In this document: piece after piece, positions 1-11,258 of the stretch | Layout of the letters: each line of letters starts with the position of its first letter | Numbering within the stretch: position 1 is the first letter of the stretch | Source of the DNA: Candidatus Hydrogenedentota bacterium | GTDB taxonomy: Bacteria > Hydrogenedentota > Hydrogenedentia > Hydrogenedentales > SLHB01 | Assembly: GCA_963668025.2 (NCBI GenBank) | Contig: CAXXTH010000018.1 | Span: forward strand, 256,001 to 320,000 | Reading direction: 5' to 3' | DNA: 64,000 nucleotides | Program-made: the position numbers and the translations under genes | Notes under the pieces: model-generated | The model's database searches: none | The model's input: only the letters and a program-made list of their open reading frames with translations | What the model was told of the DNA's origin: nothing

Positions 1-135
1 AACCAATAGAACGGAAACACTCCTGGCCCAGTTCGCGAATTTTTCAAAATGATTCATGTGCGCTTTCTCCTCCCCAACGGTGCAAGAAATTTTTATGGCA
101 ATGCGACATTCCACACTCAACACATTGTGGACAGT

Positions 136-1275
136 TTATTTCATGCCCATGATGCCCTCACATGGCGGTTTTATTTCATGCTTACCACACCACTCTTTGG
201 CATGGTTTCCCGTGATGGCCTCGATCATGGCGTTAAAATTCTCAATCGGCGTGTCTAGTTGCACGTGATGCGTGGGGCCAAGAATCAAGCCGCCGCCCCG
301 CCCCACCGTGCGCAACCGCTCGTGAACTTCCGCAGCCACCTGTGCAGGCGTGCCGAAAGGCAGGGTGTGTTGTTCGTCGATTGATCCCCAAAAACAGAGC
401 CTGCCGCCAAATTCCCGTTTCAGCCGCGCCGGGTCCATGCAAGCGGGCTGCACGGGATTGAGCACATCCAAACCAATTTCAATCAATTCGGGAATGATTG
501 GGTAGATATCTCCATCGGAATGATAGGCCACCTTGATGGCCGAATTGATCCCTTTGAGGGTGGCGATGAACTCGGCCATGCGCGGCTTGAGGAATCGCCG
601 CCATAGCTCCGGCGACAGGATCATCCCTTTTTGCGAACCGACATCGTCGCCCATCCATATCATGTCTACACCCATGCGGACCAGCCTGCTGGCGGCGGCC
701 AGATGATACCGGAATGGAATATCGAGCAAGGCGTCGGCAAAATCCGGCTCAGCCAGAACATCCATCAGCAGCCGTTCCATGCCACGCAAGGCCATTGCAG
801 TCTCCCAGATCGTAGTAACCGTGACTCCCACGATCCAGTAATCGGCCCGGTATTGCCGGATCATACGCCCAGCTTCCAGGTAAAGCTCGGCCCGATTGGG
901 ATCGGGCACCCGATATCGCGCCAGATCCTCAGCCGTGGAGATCGGATGACGGTACACCTCGGTGTAATAGCCTGTTCCAAATGGGGTCTGATAGCGCGCC
1001 GGACGCCACTCGACGCCCCATTCGTCGGTGTATGGCTCGCGGCTTTGATAATAACAATTGGCCCACCCCACCGAGGTCAGCAACAGATCCTGCCCCAGCG
1101 CTCGCTCAAGGCAGTAGCTGTTGCCGCTACCGTGTGGATTATGTCCATTATCATTAGTTACGCCCATGACGGTTCGCAGCCGGGCGGCAAATTCCGGCGT
1201 GAAACTGATTTGCATCGGGCACCGGTCGGGCTGCTCATGATTTAGCGCCGCTATTACTCGTTCACGATGATTCAT
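136..1275 (-). CDS. Uroporphyrinogen decarboxylase (URO-D/MtaA-CmuA)-family protein
   Basis: MNHRERV..ALNHEQPDRCP start, DEWG, GDDVG.Q.G, YHSDG, LNPVQP, FWGSID motifs; start placed at ATG 1275 rather than 1293. Confidence 0.85.
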   Translation of the reverse strand: MNHRERVIAALNHEQPDRCPMQISFTPEFAARLRTVMGVTNDNGHNPHGSGNSYCLERALGQDLLLTSVGWANCYYQSREPYTDEWGVEWRPARYQTPFGTGYYTEVYRHPISTAEDLARYRVPDPNRAELYLEAGRMIRQYRADYWIVGVTVTTIWETAMALRGMERLLMDVLAEPDFADALLDIPFRYHLAAASRLVRMGVDMIWMGDDVGSQKGMILSPELWRRFLKPRMAEFIATLKGINSAIKVAYHSDGDIYPIIPELIEIGLDVLNPVQPACMDPARLKREFGGRLCFWGSIDEQHTLPFGTPAQVAAEVHERLRTVGRGGGLILGPTHHVQLDTPIENFNAMIEAITGNHAKEWCGKHEIKPPCEGIMGMK

Positions 1276-1443
1276 GCATTCTTTAAATATCATTCAAATA
1301 ACCTCTTAGATAATTTTTACATATATGTATAGTTATACACATATCTTACTGAATTGCTAATATGCAGAAAATGCATTCATAAAATTGAAACGCACTAGGC
1401 TTTGATCCCCTTTCCAGTTTCAAGATAGTATGCTTGTTGAACG

Positions 1444-2436
1444 ATGGAATTATACGTCACCATAAAAGGCAAGAAAATGGACCGAAAAGACAAAATGATG
1501 GACAAAACGGCCATCAATGAATACCATCGGATCATGAGCACCCCGCGCGCGAAAGCTTGGGGCATCCAAGTCAGTGCGACGGGCAGGCGGCTGATCCCCC
1601 CTCACCACAATTACTTTCGTGATCACGAAACCCAATACCCCTGGCGCAAAGGCCGGATACTGCCCGAATACGGCATGGTCTATTTGACGAAAGGCCAGGG
1701 CGTTTTCCGCTCACATCAGAGTGCGGAGATCACGGTTCAGGCGGGAGACCTGTTTTTTCTCTTCCCCGATATTTGGCATCTTTACCATCCGCACAAAGAA
1801 ACCGGCTGGGAGGAATACTGGATTACCTTTGATGGCGCGATCATCCGGCACCTGGCAAATCATCAAATCCTGAAACCCGGCCAGCCGTTATTAAGGCCAG
1901 GCATCACCGTTTCTTTGTGCGATGCATTCAAGAAAATAATCGAGCTAGCAGATGATCGCCCGACGCATTTCGAGGGAACGCTGGCTGTAAATGTCATGCA
2001 ACTCATCATACGCGCACATGAGCTGTGCGCGGCGGGAAATGCACCTTCATCCCAGATCTGCCCAGCCATCCAGAATGCAAAAGATTATATCGAGGAGCAT
2101 TGCAATGAACCACTGAGTATTGATGAATTGGCGAATCTATCGCATATGAGCGAGCGCCATTTTTCCAGAGTTTTTAAGGACACTACTGGCCTTCCACCCA
2201 AACAGTATTATAATCAAGTGCGTATTCACCAAGCCAAGGCGTTGCTGGCTCGAGGCGATCAGACCGTCAGCCAGGTGGCCCATGCTCTAGGCTTCGAAGA
2301 CGCTTACTATTTCTCAAAACTCTTTAAAAAGCTGGCGGGCCGAGCCCCATCTGCTTGGCGCGAGATCGGGCCCGAGACCAGGAATATGCTCGATAGCAAA
2401 ACGGAACCGGGCCCCGGTGTGAAGCGAAAACAATAA
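1444..2436 (+). CDS. AraC-family transcriptional regulator
   Basis: N-terminal cupin-like domain (WHLYHP..ETGWEEYW); C-terminal double HTH (MSERHFSRVFK...LGFEDAYYFSKLFKK); divergent from the URO-D gene; true start may be a later Met. Confidence 0.9.
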   Translation: MELYVTIKGKKMDRKDKMMDKTAINEYHRIMSTPRAKAWGIQVSATGRRLIPPHHNYFRDHETQYPWRKGRILPEYGMVYLTKGQGVFRSHQSAEITVQAGDLFFLFPDIWHLYHPHKETGWEEYWITFDGAIIRHLANHQILKPGQPLLRPGITVSLCDAFKKIIELADDRPTHFEGTLAVNVMQLIIRAHELCAAGNAPSSQICPAIQNAKDYIEEHCNEPLSIDELANLSHMSERHFSRVFKDTTGLPPKQYYNQVRIHQAKALLARGDQTVSQVAHALGFEDAYYFSKLFKKLAGRAPSAWREIGPETRNMLDSKTEPGPGVKRKQ

Positions 2437-2572
2437 AGATGGCGGTTGCCTATGTTCGAGTTCCGCGCTCATTTTGAAGGACATGGAAACCGAAACGCAG
2501 GTTTGACCGCATAAAAAATGGGCCGTGCGTGACGGCCCATTTCCCGAATCAATAGTAGTGTGGCCATTCAGC

Positions 2573-4684
2573 TTATTTGCGTTGCAGCCCGCATCGCCGG
2601 AGCATACAAACACCTATCCCGGACAGCAACAACATAGCCAAAGGCCACCATGTTATTGCCAATGGCGGAATACTGGTAGGATCATATGGGTCGCTGTTCC
2701 TGGCCCGTTCCACGGCGTCCGGGATTCCGTCATCATCACTGTCCAGGTCGAAGTAATTGGGTATCGTATCGCCATCCGGATCGCCTTCGCCTTCGACGCT
2801 GTCCACGATGCCGTCGCCGTCCGAGTCCGCGGTAGCCGAGTCGTATTCATACGCGCCCATATCGTAACCAGCTCCTTGCGGACGCACTACGCCCGTGATA
2901 TCCGTGTCGGGAGCGTCATTGTCGGTTCCGGCGTCTACACACGGCGACGTGGGCAGCAGTCGAAGGTCGCCATTTGCTACATCAACAAACTGAGGATCTT
3001 CGGCAGTGTTCCCTTCGCCAGTATAACCACCTTGCACACACGAATAGGTGGCTTTGCTATCATATAATTCTTGTGGCGAGTTACCCCAGAAAATGCAGTT
3101 CGTTGCTGTTTTGTAACGCATCCCACCGCCGTAGCTAGATGCCTTATTTCCGGTGAAAGTGCAGTTGGTAGCTTTTACGAAGCACGTTCCACCGCCAGTG
3201 CTATCTGACATATTTCTTATGAACAAGCAGCTTATGGCTATTCCATAATACATACCACCACCACTGATCGTTGCCGAGTTATCCGTGAAAATGCAGTTAA
3301 TAACCGTTCCACCGCACATCCCTCCGCCGTAGTTCGCCGTATTATTCGCGAACGAACAATTTGTAGCCCTTACGCCATACATTCCCCCGCCGTGTAATGC
3401 CGTGTTGTCCTTGAATGTGCAGTTGGTAGCAGTATCGCCCCAGATACCGCCACCACTTAAATCCGCCGAGTTGCCCGTGAACGTACAGTTTACCGCTGTT
3501 CCACCATACATACCGCCGCCGTCCTCGTTTCCGTAACTGTTATTATAGTCGGCTTTGCCACAAGTTATAGTACATCCGTCCACAAGACAGGTGGCATCAG
3601 CGATAATACAGCGCCATTCTCCCCGTCCATGAATGATGGTCTTGCCATTATCACTATCGCGCTGCCCACGGGTAGTTTCCGTGCCTGTAAAGCCACCGTA
3701 GAGAGTCGTGCCCATTGGTAGATCCACCACGGCATTGCCTGTGGCTGATGTGTAAACACCTTGGGCTACCCAGAGTTCGGTGCCATAACCTGCACGATCA
3801 TGGTCAGCGGCGGCTTGCAGTGTGGGGTAGGCAGTAGCCCAGGTCAAGCCGTCGGGTTCAACAGCAGTCGACGAAGCGTTCACCCGCAATAGGGGCACTG
3901 GATCCACCGCATCTGTATCGTCCCCAGCATAATATTCATATGCGCCCATATCTACGTTCAAAACCTCAGACCGCACTCGCCCGAGGATATCACTGGCCGG
4001 AGCACCGATCTGCGTTCCAGCGCTTATGCAGGGCGAATCACTCCGCAACCGAAAATCACCGGCCCAAGGATTTACAAAACGAGGCATTCCAACAACATTG
4101 CCTGTACCGGGATGTGGTGTGGGCAACAACGAATACGTTACGGTCGTATCATCCTCAAAAAGTTCACTTGGCCTGTTACCCCAGAGTATGCAATTTGTGG
4201 CGGTTCCTCCAGAGATTCCACCGCCGCCCGTTTCCGATGTGTTGCCTGTGAATGTACAGTTCATAGCTATTCCGTTAAACATTCCGCCGCCGTTTAAATA
4301 CGATAGATTACCCGTTAATATGCAGTTTGTCGCAGTTGTTTCATAGATACCTCCACCAAAACCACATGATCTGTTATTTATAAAAGTACAGTTCATGGCG
4401 GTTCCCTTACTCATCCCGCCACCATATTGTGCCGCCGTATTGTTTGTGAACGTGCAATTCATGGCCGTTCCGCCAAACATACCGCCGCCGTCCGTTTCCG
4501 CTCTGTTGCCCGTGAATGTACAGTTTGTGGCGGTTCCCCAATATATACCGCCACCATTACTTGCCGCCGTGTTGCCCCTGAACATGCAGTTCATCGCCAT
4601 TCCGCCAAGCATACCACCGCCGTTGCCGTTTTTTCTCAGCCCTTTACCGTTGACGATGGTACAACCATCCACGAGGCAGGTGGC
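2573..4684 (-). pseudogene. 3' part of an IS-disrupted secreted parallel beta-helix repeat protein (choice-of-anchor Q-like; Asp-rich Ca-binding tail, TM anchor)
   Basis: GGG(M/I)..GTA.NC.F..N repeats, [16 protein letters not shown] motifs, DSDGDG repeats, C-terminal TM+RR; joins 6063..7385 in frame when the IS is removed. Confidence 0.85.
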
Positions 4685-4692
4685 ATCAGCAA

Positions 4693-6062
4693 GGGTGCTC
4701 CCTCAATATGATAACCTCAATTGACCCCGTGGCGGGCCACGTGTTGCCAGAACTGGTCCCAACGGCCCTCGGTCATCTCCAGCGACCTGAGCGCGATCAC
4801 CGCGCTCGCGCCCGCTTCCTTCCACCGCATCCCGGAGCATGCCAGGCGTTGCTTGATCAGCGTCTTGCACGCCGCCTCCGTCACTCCGCTGCCGATGGGA
4901 AGGCGCTCCGCCGTGTGCCGCCAGTATTGCATCTTCGAGCGGTGATTGCCGAAGTAGGTGATCGCCTTGCCGAGTTCCTCGCGGCAAGCCTGGGCGCGCA
5001 CGCTTGGCAAGCTCGCCTTCATCTCCTCCAGCAAGCGTCCGGCTGCGCCCCTCGTGTGCTTCAGCCGGTGACTCCAGTCCGCCTCCCACTCCCGGCGGCG
5101 CGCGCCATGACCGTGAATCGCCTCCGCCGCCTTCCCCACGTATTCCCGCGCGTGATAGAAATCCAGCATCTGCCGGTCCGTGCGCGGCGTCAAAAACTTC
5201 CAGTTGTCCGGCGCGCCGTCGGCCAGGCCGATATACAGCGCCGCCGGGTGCCTCGCCCTCACGCGCTCCACCTCGCGGCCGAAGCGCTCGAGGAAAGTCT
5301 GCTTGCCGTACTCGGGCGATGCGCCCGCGTAGATCGTGTGCAGCCGCTCCCCGTCCTTGTCGTACAGGCTGATGGACCCGCACATCGCCTGACGCCAGCC
5401 GTCCTCCCTGAGCAGCATGCAGGTGCCGTCCAGGCCCACGGCCACCGACGCGACCGGCCTGTCCAATTCCGGCAGCTCGTACTCCCACGTCTCCTCCCTG
5501 GCCTGCGCCAGGGCGCCCACAAAATCGCCGATCTTCTTCACATAGTCGCGCGAGATTGCGCGGCCTGTCGACTCGAGCAGGTCGCGGCGCATGACATCGG
5601 CGCCCATGCGGGAGTATTTTCCGCTGACGATCCGGGCGTAGCGCGGCGTGGCGTTCATGACCATTCGCGCGTCCCGCTCCAGCGGGCAGAAGGTGCGCCC
5701 GCCCGTGGCGGTGTTCTGGTAGACGTGCCGCTCGACGCGGACCGGGCCGTGGGGCGTCTCGTAGGTCTGGCCGAAGCGCCCCTTGGTTTTGAAGGTGGTG
5801 GCGCCGACGCGGATGGGCGAGCCGTCTGTGTCGAAACGGGCCAGGGCCTCGGCCATGACTGCGCGCCCCACCCCGTTCAGGGCCTCCTGGACCGCCTCCT
5901 CCATATCGAGCATCGAACCACGCAGCCTCAGCGAGAAACTCACCTCGAACGTGTCGCCGTCGCGCCTTGTCACCATCGCTGCCATCGGTCTTCCTCCGTT
6001 AAGGGTCCGGCATACTTATCGACCCGACACGAGGATTTCTTTAGCATTCTGCGGGAACACCC
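4693..6062 (-). mobile_element. ISKra4-like insertion sequence, 1370 bp
   Basis: Imperfect terminal IRs GGGTGCTCCCTCAATATGATAA / GGGTGTTCCCGCAGAATGCTAA; 8-bp TSD ATCAGCAA at 4685-4692 and 6063-6070; GC higher than flanks. Confidence 0.9.
4717..5985 (-). CDS. DDE transposase, ISKra4/UPF0236-like
   Basis: LDG, ADGA..NW, LDFYHA.EY, LPIGSG.TEAACK...QRL..SGMRW motifs; 422 aa, uninterrupted. Confidence 0.85.
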   Translation of the reverse strand: MAAMVTRRDGDTFEVSFSLRLRGSMLDMEEAVQEALNGVGRAVMAEALARFDTDGSPIRVGATTFKTKGRFGQTYETPHGPVRVERHVYQNTATGGRTFCPLERDARMVMNATPRYARIVSGKYSRMGADVMRRDLLESTGRAISRDYVKKIGDFVGALAQAREETWEYELPELDRPVASVAVGLDGTCMLLREDGWRQAMCGSISLYDKDGERLHTIYAGASPEYGKQTFLERFGREVERVRARHPAALYIGLADGAPDNWKFLTPRTDRQMLDFYHAREYVGKAAEAIHGHGARRREWEADWSHRLKHTRGAAGRLLEEMKASLPSVRAQACREELGKAITYFGNHRSKMQYWRHTAERLPIGSGVTEAACKTLIKQRLACSGMRWKEAGASAVIALRSLEMTEGRWDQFWQHVARHGVN

Positions 6063-7385
6063 ATCAGCAACAATACCTCGCCGTGCTCCTTGTCCGTCAA
6101 TGATGGTCAATGCATTATTTGTACTACGTTGATCTCGGGTGGTTTCCGTGCCGGTGAAACCGCCATAAATGGCTGTACAAGGCCGTATGTGAACCACGGC
6201 ATCACCTGTAGCCGCTGTATAAGTCCCTAGGGCAATCCAGAGTTCTGTGCCGTAGCCCGCATGTGCATCGTTTGCGGCTGCTTGCAGTGTGGGATAGGCC
6301 GTAGCCCAGGTCAAGCCATCAGGATGAGTAGCTGTTGATGCCACATTTACTCGAAGCACGGGCACTGGATCAACGGCATCTGTATCGTCTCCTGTGTGGT
6401 ATTCATAAGCGCCCATATCTATGCCTACGCCCTCAGGCCGTGTCCGCCCGAGAATGTCTGAGGCCGGAGCGCCGGTCTGCGTGCCCACATCAATGCCTGG
6501 CGAATCGCTCCGCAAGCGGAAATCACCCGCCCAGGGATTCACAAAACGTGGCGTTCCGATGATGTTGCCATTGCCGGGGTGTTGCGTGGACAGCAGCGAA
6601 TATGTCACCGTTGTATGATATGTATAAATATCAATATCGGTTGGGCTGTTGCCCCAGAAGACGCAATTTGTAGCTGTTCCGGAACTAATACCCCCGCCGT
6701 AACCTGCCAAGTTGCTCGTGAACGTACAATTCGTTGCTGTTCCGCCACAGACCCCGCCGCCGAGGTTCGCCGAATTGCCCATGAATATGCAGTTCGTCGC
6801 GGTTCCCCAAAACATACCACCACCACATTCCGATGCCTCGTTATCCATAAATGTACAATTCACAGCGGTTCCATGATACATACCAGCGCCAGAACTTAAA
6901 GTAAACTGAGAGCCGCTTCGGCTAGATAAACACTTACCCCCACTAATTGTAAAACCATCCAATACTGCATCATCTGCGCCTACCACTACATGATAGGCAT
7001 TTCTACTTCCACGCGCGGTGGAGCCATCGAGAATGGTCTCGTGGGATTTCCAATCGCGGGAAGAACGTTCCGTCTCATTTCCGGCAAAGCCGCCGTACAG
7101 TTGGACGTCTTCTTTCATTAGGATGGAACCGGTGTTGATATCGGGATACTCCGCATGCGGGTAACTCGTTCGAGTCTCCCCATAGGTTCCTTCAGCGACC
7201 CATATTTCCCCGCCGCCATCGGTTGAAGCGGCGTCTATGACGGGCTGGATGGTAGTGAAGGCGGTGGCCCAGGAAAGGCCGTCTTTTGTACTGGAGGAGT
7301 TATCTTTATCTACATACCAGACTGCACCGAAAGCCGGTGAGGCGCACCCTAGAATGATCCCCAAACAGATGATCCGTACGCTCAT
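6063..7385 (-). pseudogene. 5' part of the IS-disrupted beta-helix surface protein
   Basis: Signal peptide MSVRIICLGIILGCASPAFG; VWYVD..DGLSWATAF..IQ and EIWVAEGTY motifs; cut by the IS at ...RGIVAD. Confidence 0.85.
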
Positions 7386-7834
7386 GAGAAGAACTCCTGT
7401 GTATTGAACCAAAGAAAAGGCTTTTAGTTTCCCCAACTCTCTTCTCTTTGGTCCGCTTCCACCCGTCGCATGGCTGACAACCAGCCATACGAATGTTCAA
7501 AATGCTGTTTTTCAGCACCATGAATCCCATGGAACGCCGGGAGGAATCGTATGGCAGCCGCCACCCGAGTACTTTCCCCTAAGCATTCCACATCTGCACT
7601 GTTCCCTGGAAGCTTCAGCGCATTTTATTATTACATCAGCTACTGCATACTAATCATACCCCCAGATAAGCCGATAATGCAATAGATCGATTTAAAATCT
7701 TTGAAATGACAAATGGTGTAGTCTTGTAAACTATTTTCACCGGGAACGTAGTAAACGGGACAAGCTGAGCGCTAGGACTTCACCGTTGATTTGAAACAAG
7801 GCCAATAATCTTTAATGTGGCTCCTCTCCCGCCA

Positions 7835-7930
7835 ACAGGTGGTGATTTGCGCGATGAGTGTGCGGCGCAAATTCAACGACGCCCGGTCGAGCGCACCTGA
7901 GCCCGCCCACGCATGCTTGCGTTTATCAGG
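7835..7930 (+). pseudogene. Possible short IS66 transposase remnant
   Basis: ICAMSVRRKFNDARSSAPEPAHACL resembles the CWAH.RRKF.DA segment of IS66 TnpC; no other IS66 parts seen. Confidence 0.3.
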
Positions 7931-8003
7931 CGCGGGCGATGAAACCTCGATCAGGCAATGGAAGGACTTGGCGATACTCCAGTATTTGACAAAGAGTGTC
8001 CCA

Positions 8004-9897
8004 ATCGAGTAGGGGGGTTCCTCACGGTCCCCCCCTCTCACACCACCGGGCATACCTGCTCGGTACCACGGCGGTTTCGGTCATTTTTGAACGTTTCGTA
8101 CCGTTGAACCGGGTCTATCAGTTTTTGTTTCGCGAACCATTGTTTGTCCATGGCGTGTTGCGCGGGAGGACTCCCCGCTTTGCGCCACCAGCCCTTCCCG
8201 GACCCTGCGAGTATCCACGCCTGAAATTGCGGCACGCCTAGTTTTCTAAGGAAGTCCGCTATGGTTTTCGTGCGCTTGAGGCGTTTGAGGATGACGCAGC
8301 GCAGTTTGCGCCGCATCCATTCCCCGAGGCGTTCCAGATGGCCCTTTGCTTCGGCAAACCGATAGTAGGTTATCCAGCCGCTCAGGAAGCTGTTGAGCTC
8401 CTCAATCATCTGGCGCACTTTGGCGTCGCCGCGGTTGCGTCGCGTGATGTCGCGGATGCGGTCTTTCGCCCGGTCGAGGCTCTTGGGCGCGATGCCCAAT
8501 CGCCCCCCACCCAGCAAGCGATAACCCAAAAATTTCCGCTCTCCCACGAACGCCACCGCGCTCTTCTCGCGGTTCACGCGTAGTTTCAGTTTCCCCTCAA
8601 GGAACTGCGTGACCGATGTCAGGACACGTTCTCCCGCGCGTATCGTCTGCACGTAAATGTTGCAGTCGTCCGCATAGCGGCAAAAACGATGCCCTCGTTT
8701 CTCCAACTCCTTGTCCAGGTCGTCCAAGAGCAGGTTGGCCAGCAGCGGCGATAGAGGACCGCCTTGCGGGGTCCCTTCGTATCGTTCGATGCATACGCCG
8801 TTCTGCATCATGCCCACTTCAAGAAACCAGCGGATGAGTCGGAGTACGCGTTTGTCTGACACGTGCCGCGCCACGCGCGCCATCAGGATGTCGTGGTTGA
8901 CCCGGTCGAAGAATTTTTCCAGGTCCATGTCCACAACAATGCAGCGGCCTTCGCTTACGTACGTGCTGGCTTGCCGCAGCGCCTGATGTGCATTGTGCCT
9001 TGGACGAAATCCATAACTGCTTTCCGAGAAGGCCGGGTCTAGAAGCGGTTCGAGAGCCTGCAAGAGCGCTTGTTGCACGACTCGGTCCACCACCGTCGGA
9101 ATGCCCAGTTGCCGCATCCCCCCGCCCGGCTTGGGGATTTGCACTCCCAACACCGGTTGGGGACGGTAGCGCCCTGCCGTCAGTTCCTCTTGCAGTCCCC
9201 GCCAGTGTTCCGGAAACCAACGCTTCAGGTCGCGTACGCTCATGACGTCCGCACCCGCCGCGCCTTTGTTCCGTTGCACCCGGCGTACCGCTTCCGTCAG
9301 GTTCGCAAGACTCGCGACCCGTTCCATCAAGTCTTGCGTCAAGGCTCGCCTCTTGTTCGCCGCCGGAAATAGTTGCCGCGCCTCGAACGCATCCGATTCG
9401 GTTCCGCCTTCTCCGATTGCGCCGTGGCAAGCCGACTCCAGTGGGAACTCCATCTGGCAACCTGCTACTTCCTGCCGCTCCCTATCCCACGAGACGTTCA
9501 ATGCTGCTCCTTGAATGATCGATTCGGCCCTTCCCCTTGCGGGTATTATGGCCTCGGCTGACTCCTGCCCACCCCTCGCGACATGTTGCCATCCCGCTAG
9601 TCTGGCTCTTCCAGACAGATGAACAGGTCTCCCAAGGTAAGACGCGCCTCTTTCCGCCGGGCCTCGCCGGATTTACCAAGGTGTGTGTCCGAATGGTTAT
9701 TGGGCGTCGCCATCCATTGCTGGCTTGCCCCGCCACCCCGGCCTTCTATCCGGTTTCTGTGCGTCGAGTCCGACTTTTGCCTCCTGCTTCCTCCAGACCC
9801 CGCCTCGCGGCGACGCCCTTGCTCTTGGCTAGCAATTCCCACCATCAGGGCTTGCAGGGGACTTACACCCCTTAGATCCGCGCCATGCTTGGCACAC
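8004..9897 (-). mobile_element. Group II intron, class IIC (~1894 nt)
   Basis: 5' end GTGTGCCAAGCATGGCG at 9897; domain V/VI ACCGCCGTGGTACCGAGCAGGTATGCCCGGTGGTGTGAGAGGGGGGACCGTGAGGAACCCCCTACTCGAT ending at 8004; lies directly 3' of a terminator-like hairpin. Confidence 0.92.
8038..9501 (-). CDS. ltrA: Group II intron reverse transcriptase/maturase, no endonuclease domain
   Basis: IPKPGGGMRQLGIPTVVDR, DLEKFFDRVNHD, GTPQGGPLSPLL.N, RYADD, FLGY motifs plus X domain. Confidence 0.95.
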   Translation of the reverse strand: MNVSWDRERQEVAGCQMEFPLESACHGAIGEGGTESDAFEARQLFPAANKRRALTQDLMERVASLANLTEAVRRVQRNKGAAGADVMSVRDLKRWFPEHWRGLQEELTAGRYRPQPVLGVQIPKPGGGMRQLGIPTVVDRVVQQALLQALEPLLDPAFSESSYGFRPRHNAHQALRQASTYVSEGRCIVVDMDLEKFFDRVNHDILMARVARHVSDKRVLRLIRWFLEVGMMQNGVCIERYEGTPQGGPLSPLLANLLLDDLDKELEKRGHRFCRYADDCNIYVQTIRAGERVLTSVTQFLEGKLKLRVNREKSAVAFVGERKFLGYRLLGGGRLGIAPKSLDRAKDRIRDITRRNRGDAKVRQMIEELNSFLSGWITYYRFAEAKGHLERLGEWMRRKLRCVILKRLKRTKTIADFLRKLGVPQFQAWILAGSGKGWWRKAGSPPAQHAMDKQWFAKQKLIDPVQRYETFKNDRNRRGTEQVCPVV

Positions 9898-9899
9898 AA

Positions 9900-9942
9900 A
9901 AATATGCACAGATCCCAATAACTGTGGCATCTGTGCATATTT
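9900..9942 (-). terminator. Intrinsic terminator-like hairpin, the intron target
   Basis: 14-bp stem AAATATGCACAGAT / ATCTGTGCATATTT downstream of the MBL gene; intron starts 2 nt after the stem. Confidence 0.8.
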
Positions 9943-10010
9943 GCTATTTTTCTTGGCGCTGCTTTATGCCTTGTCCGGCATTCTTCCGGAATTCCTATAT
10001 TCTGACTATC

Positions 10011-11258
10011 TTATGTCTGTGGCGTCGCATTATAGACATCAGGCGAGATAGTGTGGCTCAACAACTCGTCGCTAAGCTGTGCCGTCGGCGTATCATACAT
10101 GGGGTCCGCCAGTTGATCGGCAGGGTATACTTTAGGATTCGGTGGATACCATGCTTCTGGGGATACGATAGCTCTGCGCTGGCGGATTTCATCCGCGGAA
10201 ACGTTAATGACCAAAAAGTCGGTTGCAATGGTGACAGGGCCTTGGTACCACTCCCGGATATCCTCGAGCGCTGGGCCATTGGTGTCCGCTTCGGCCTGGA
10301 AATGCGTGGCTACGCCCAACCGCGGCGTGGTCTGGCTAAGGATATAACCGAACGCTTTTTGGGGCGTGTGGGACGAGTCTTGAATGTCCGTGGCCGCTTG
10401 CACCGCTTGCGTATACCCCGTATCGCCCTCTTCAAGGCCCGTGTTTTTAGTGGCCCACACCTCGGGCGGCACCACCATTTCATGAATCAACACGTCCACA
10501 TTTTTCGCATTCTGGATCATAAAATCGTTTGGTTTCGTGTCACCCGAGAACACCATCGAGAGTCCGTTCCATTCGAGTTTGTAGCTAATGGACCCGTTCC
10601 GCGCATGCACGGCAGGGAAATGCGTGATCGTTACGCCAGTGGCGTCATTCTGATATGCAATTCCCCCCTCGGTCATATAGGGCAATTCCGTCGCGATGAT
10701 GTCAAATCCGTCGCTTTGCCCTTCCACAACCGGCTTCAGGCCCGTTTTCAAGAAGCTAAAGCTGTGCCGGTGCCATGTCATCATTTTGTAGAGGGAGTCG
10801 CAGAACGCCTGTGTCCCTTGCTCGGGCTCATCAGCGGACGGCCCCCAGACTTTAAGCGGCACTTTTCGGTCCACGGAAGGCCCGAAACAATAAATGGTGA
10901 CAATATCGCTCGTATGATCGCCATGCAGATGCGTCAAGAAAATCTTGTCCATGCGCGAATATTGAATCTGCATGGCGTTGTACTTGCTCGATACTCCGGA
11001 ACCACAATCAAACACGAAGCTGTCTCCGCTGCCCACCTCGACAAACACGCTGTTGCACTGCTGTTTGAGGCGTGGCACCACGGATGTGCCTAAGAATGTG
11101 ATGCGCATTTCATCCGCGGCCAGCTCCTCCTGAAGCGGGAATATGCCATCAAGCTCGACTGCTGGCGGACATCCCGGCAAACTGCCTGCCACGGCCAATC
11201 CGCCAATGGCCAAACCGGAGGCTTTCAACACATCTCGACGCGAAATATCGTTCCCCAT
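10011..11258 (-). CDS. Tat-exported (lipo)protein, MBL-fold metallohydrolase of RNase Z/AtsA type
   Basis: SRRDVLK twin-arginine motif, LPGC lipobox-like site, FLGT, FDCGSG, THLHGDH, SGDT, LIHE, SHT motifs. Confidence 0.85.
   Translation of the reverse strand: MGNDISRRDVLKASGLAIGGLAVAGSLPGCPPAVELDGIFPLQEELAADEMRITFLGTSVVPRLKQQCNSVFVEVGSGDSFVFDCGSGVSSKYNAMQIQYSRMDKIFLTHLHGDHTSDIVTIYCFGPSVDRKVPLKVWGPSADEPEQGTQAFCDSLYKMMTWHRHSFSFLKTGLKPVVEGQSDGFDIIATELPYMTEGGIAYQNDATGVTITHFPAVHARNGSISYKLEWNGLSMVFSGDTKPNDFMIQNAKNVDVLIHEMVVPPEVWATKNTGLEEGDTGYTQAVQAATDIQDSSHTPQKAFGYILSQTTPRLGVATHFQAEADTNGPALEDIREWYQGPVTIATDFLVINVSADEIRQRRAIVSPEAWYPPNPKVYPADQLADPMYDTPTAQLSDELLSHTISPDVYNATPQT

Noticed and set aside
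4703-6132. Long alternative ORFs 4708..6132(+) and 4703..5488(-)
   Set aside because: Shadow frames of the GC-rich transposase.
8038-9501. RT as part of a DGR, retron or defence RT, given the bAvd-like four-helix gene in the window
   Set aside because: The RT sits inside clear group IIC intron boundaries; the four-helix gene is 44 kb away; no TR/VR pair was found.
9885-11093. 402-aa plus-strand ORF, and similarly 36448..37587, 13933..14862, 31752..32693 and 57278..58195
   Set aside because: Antisense or out-of-frame shadows of well-supported genes, with no recognisable motifs.
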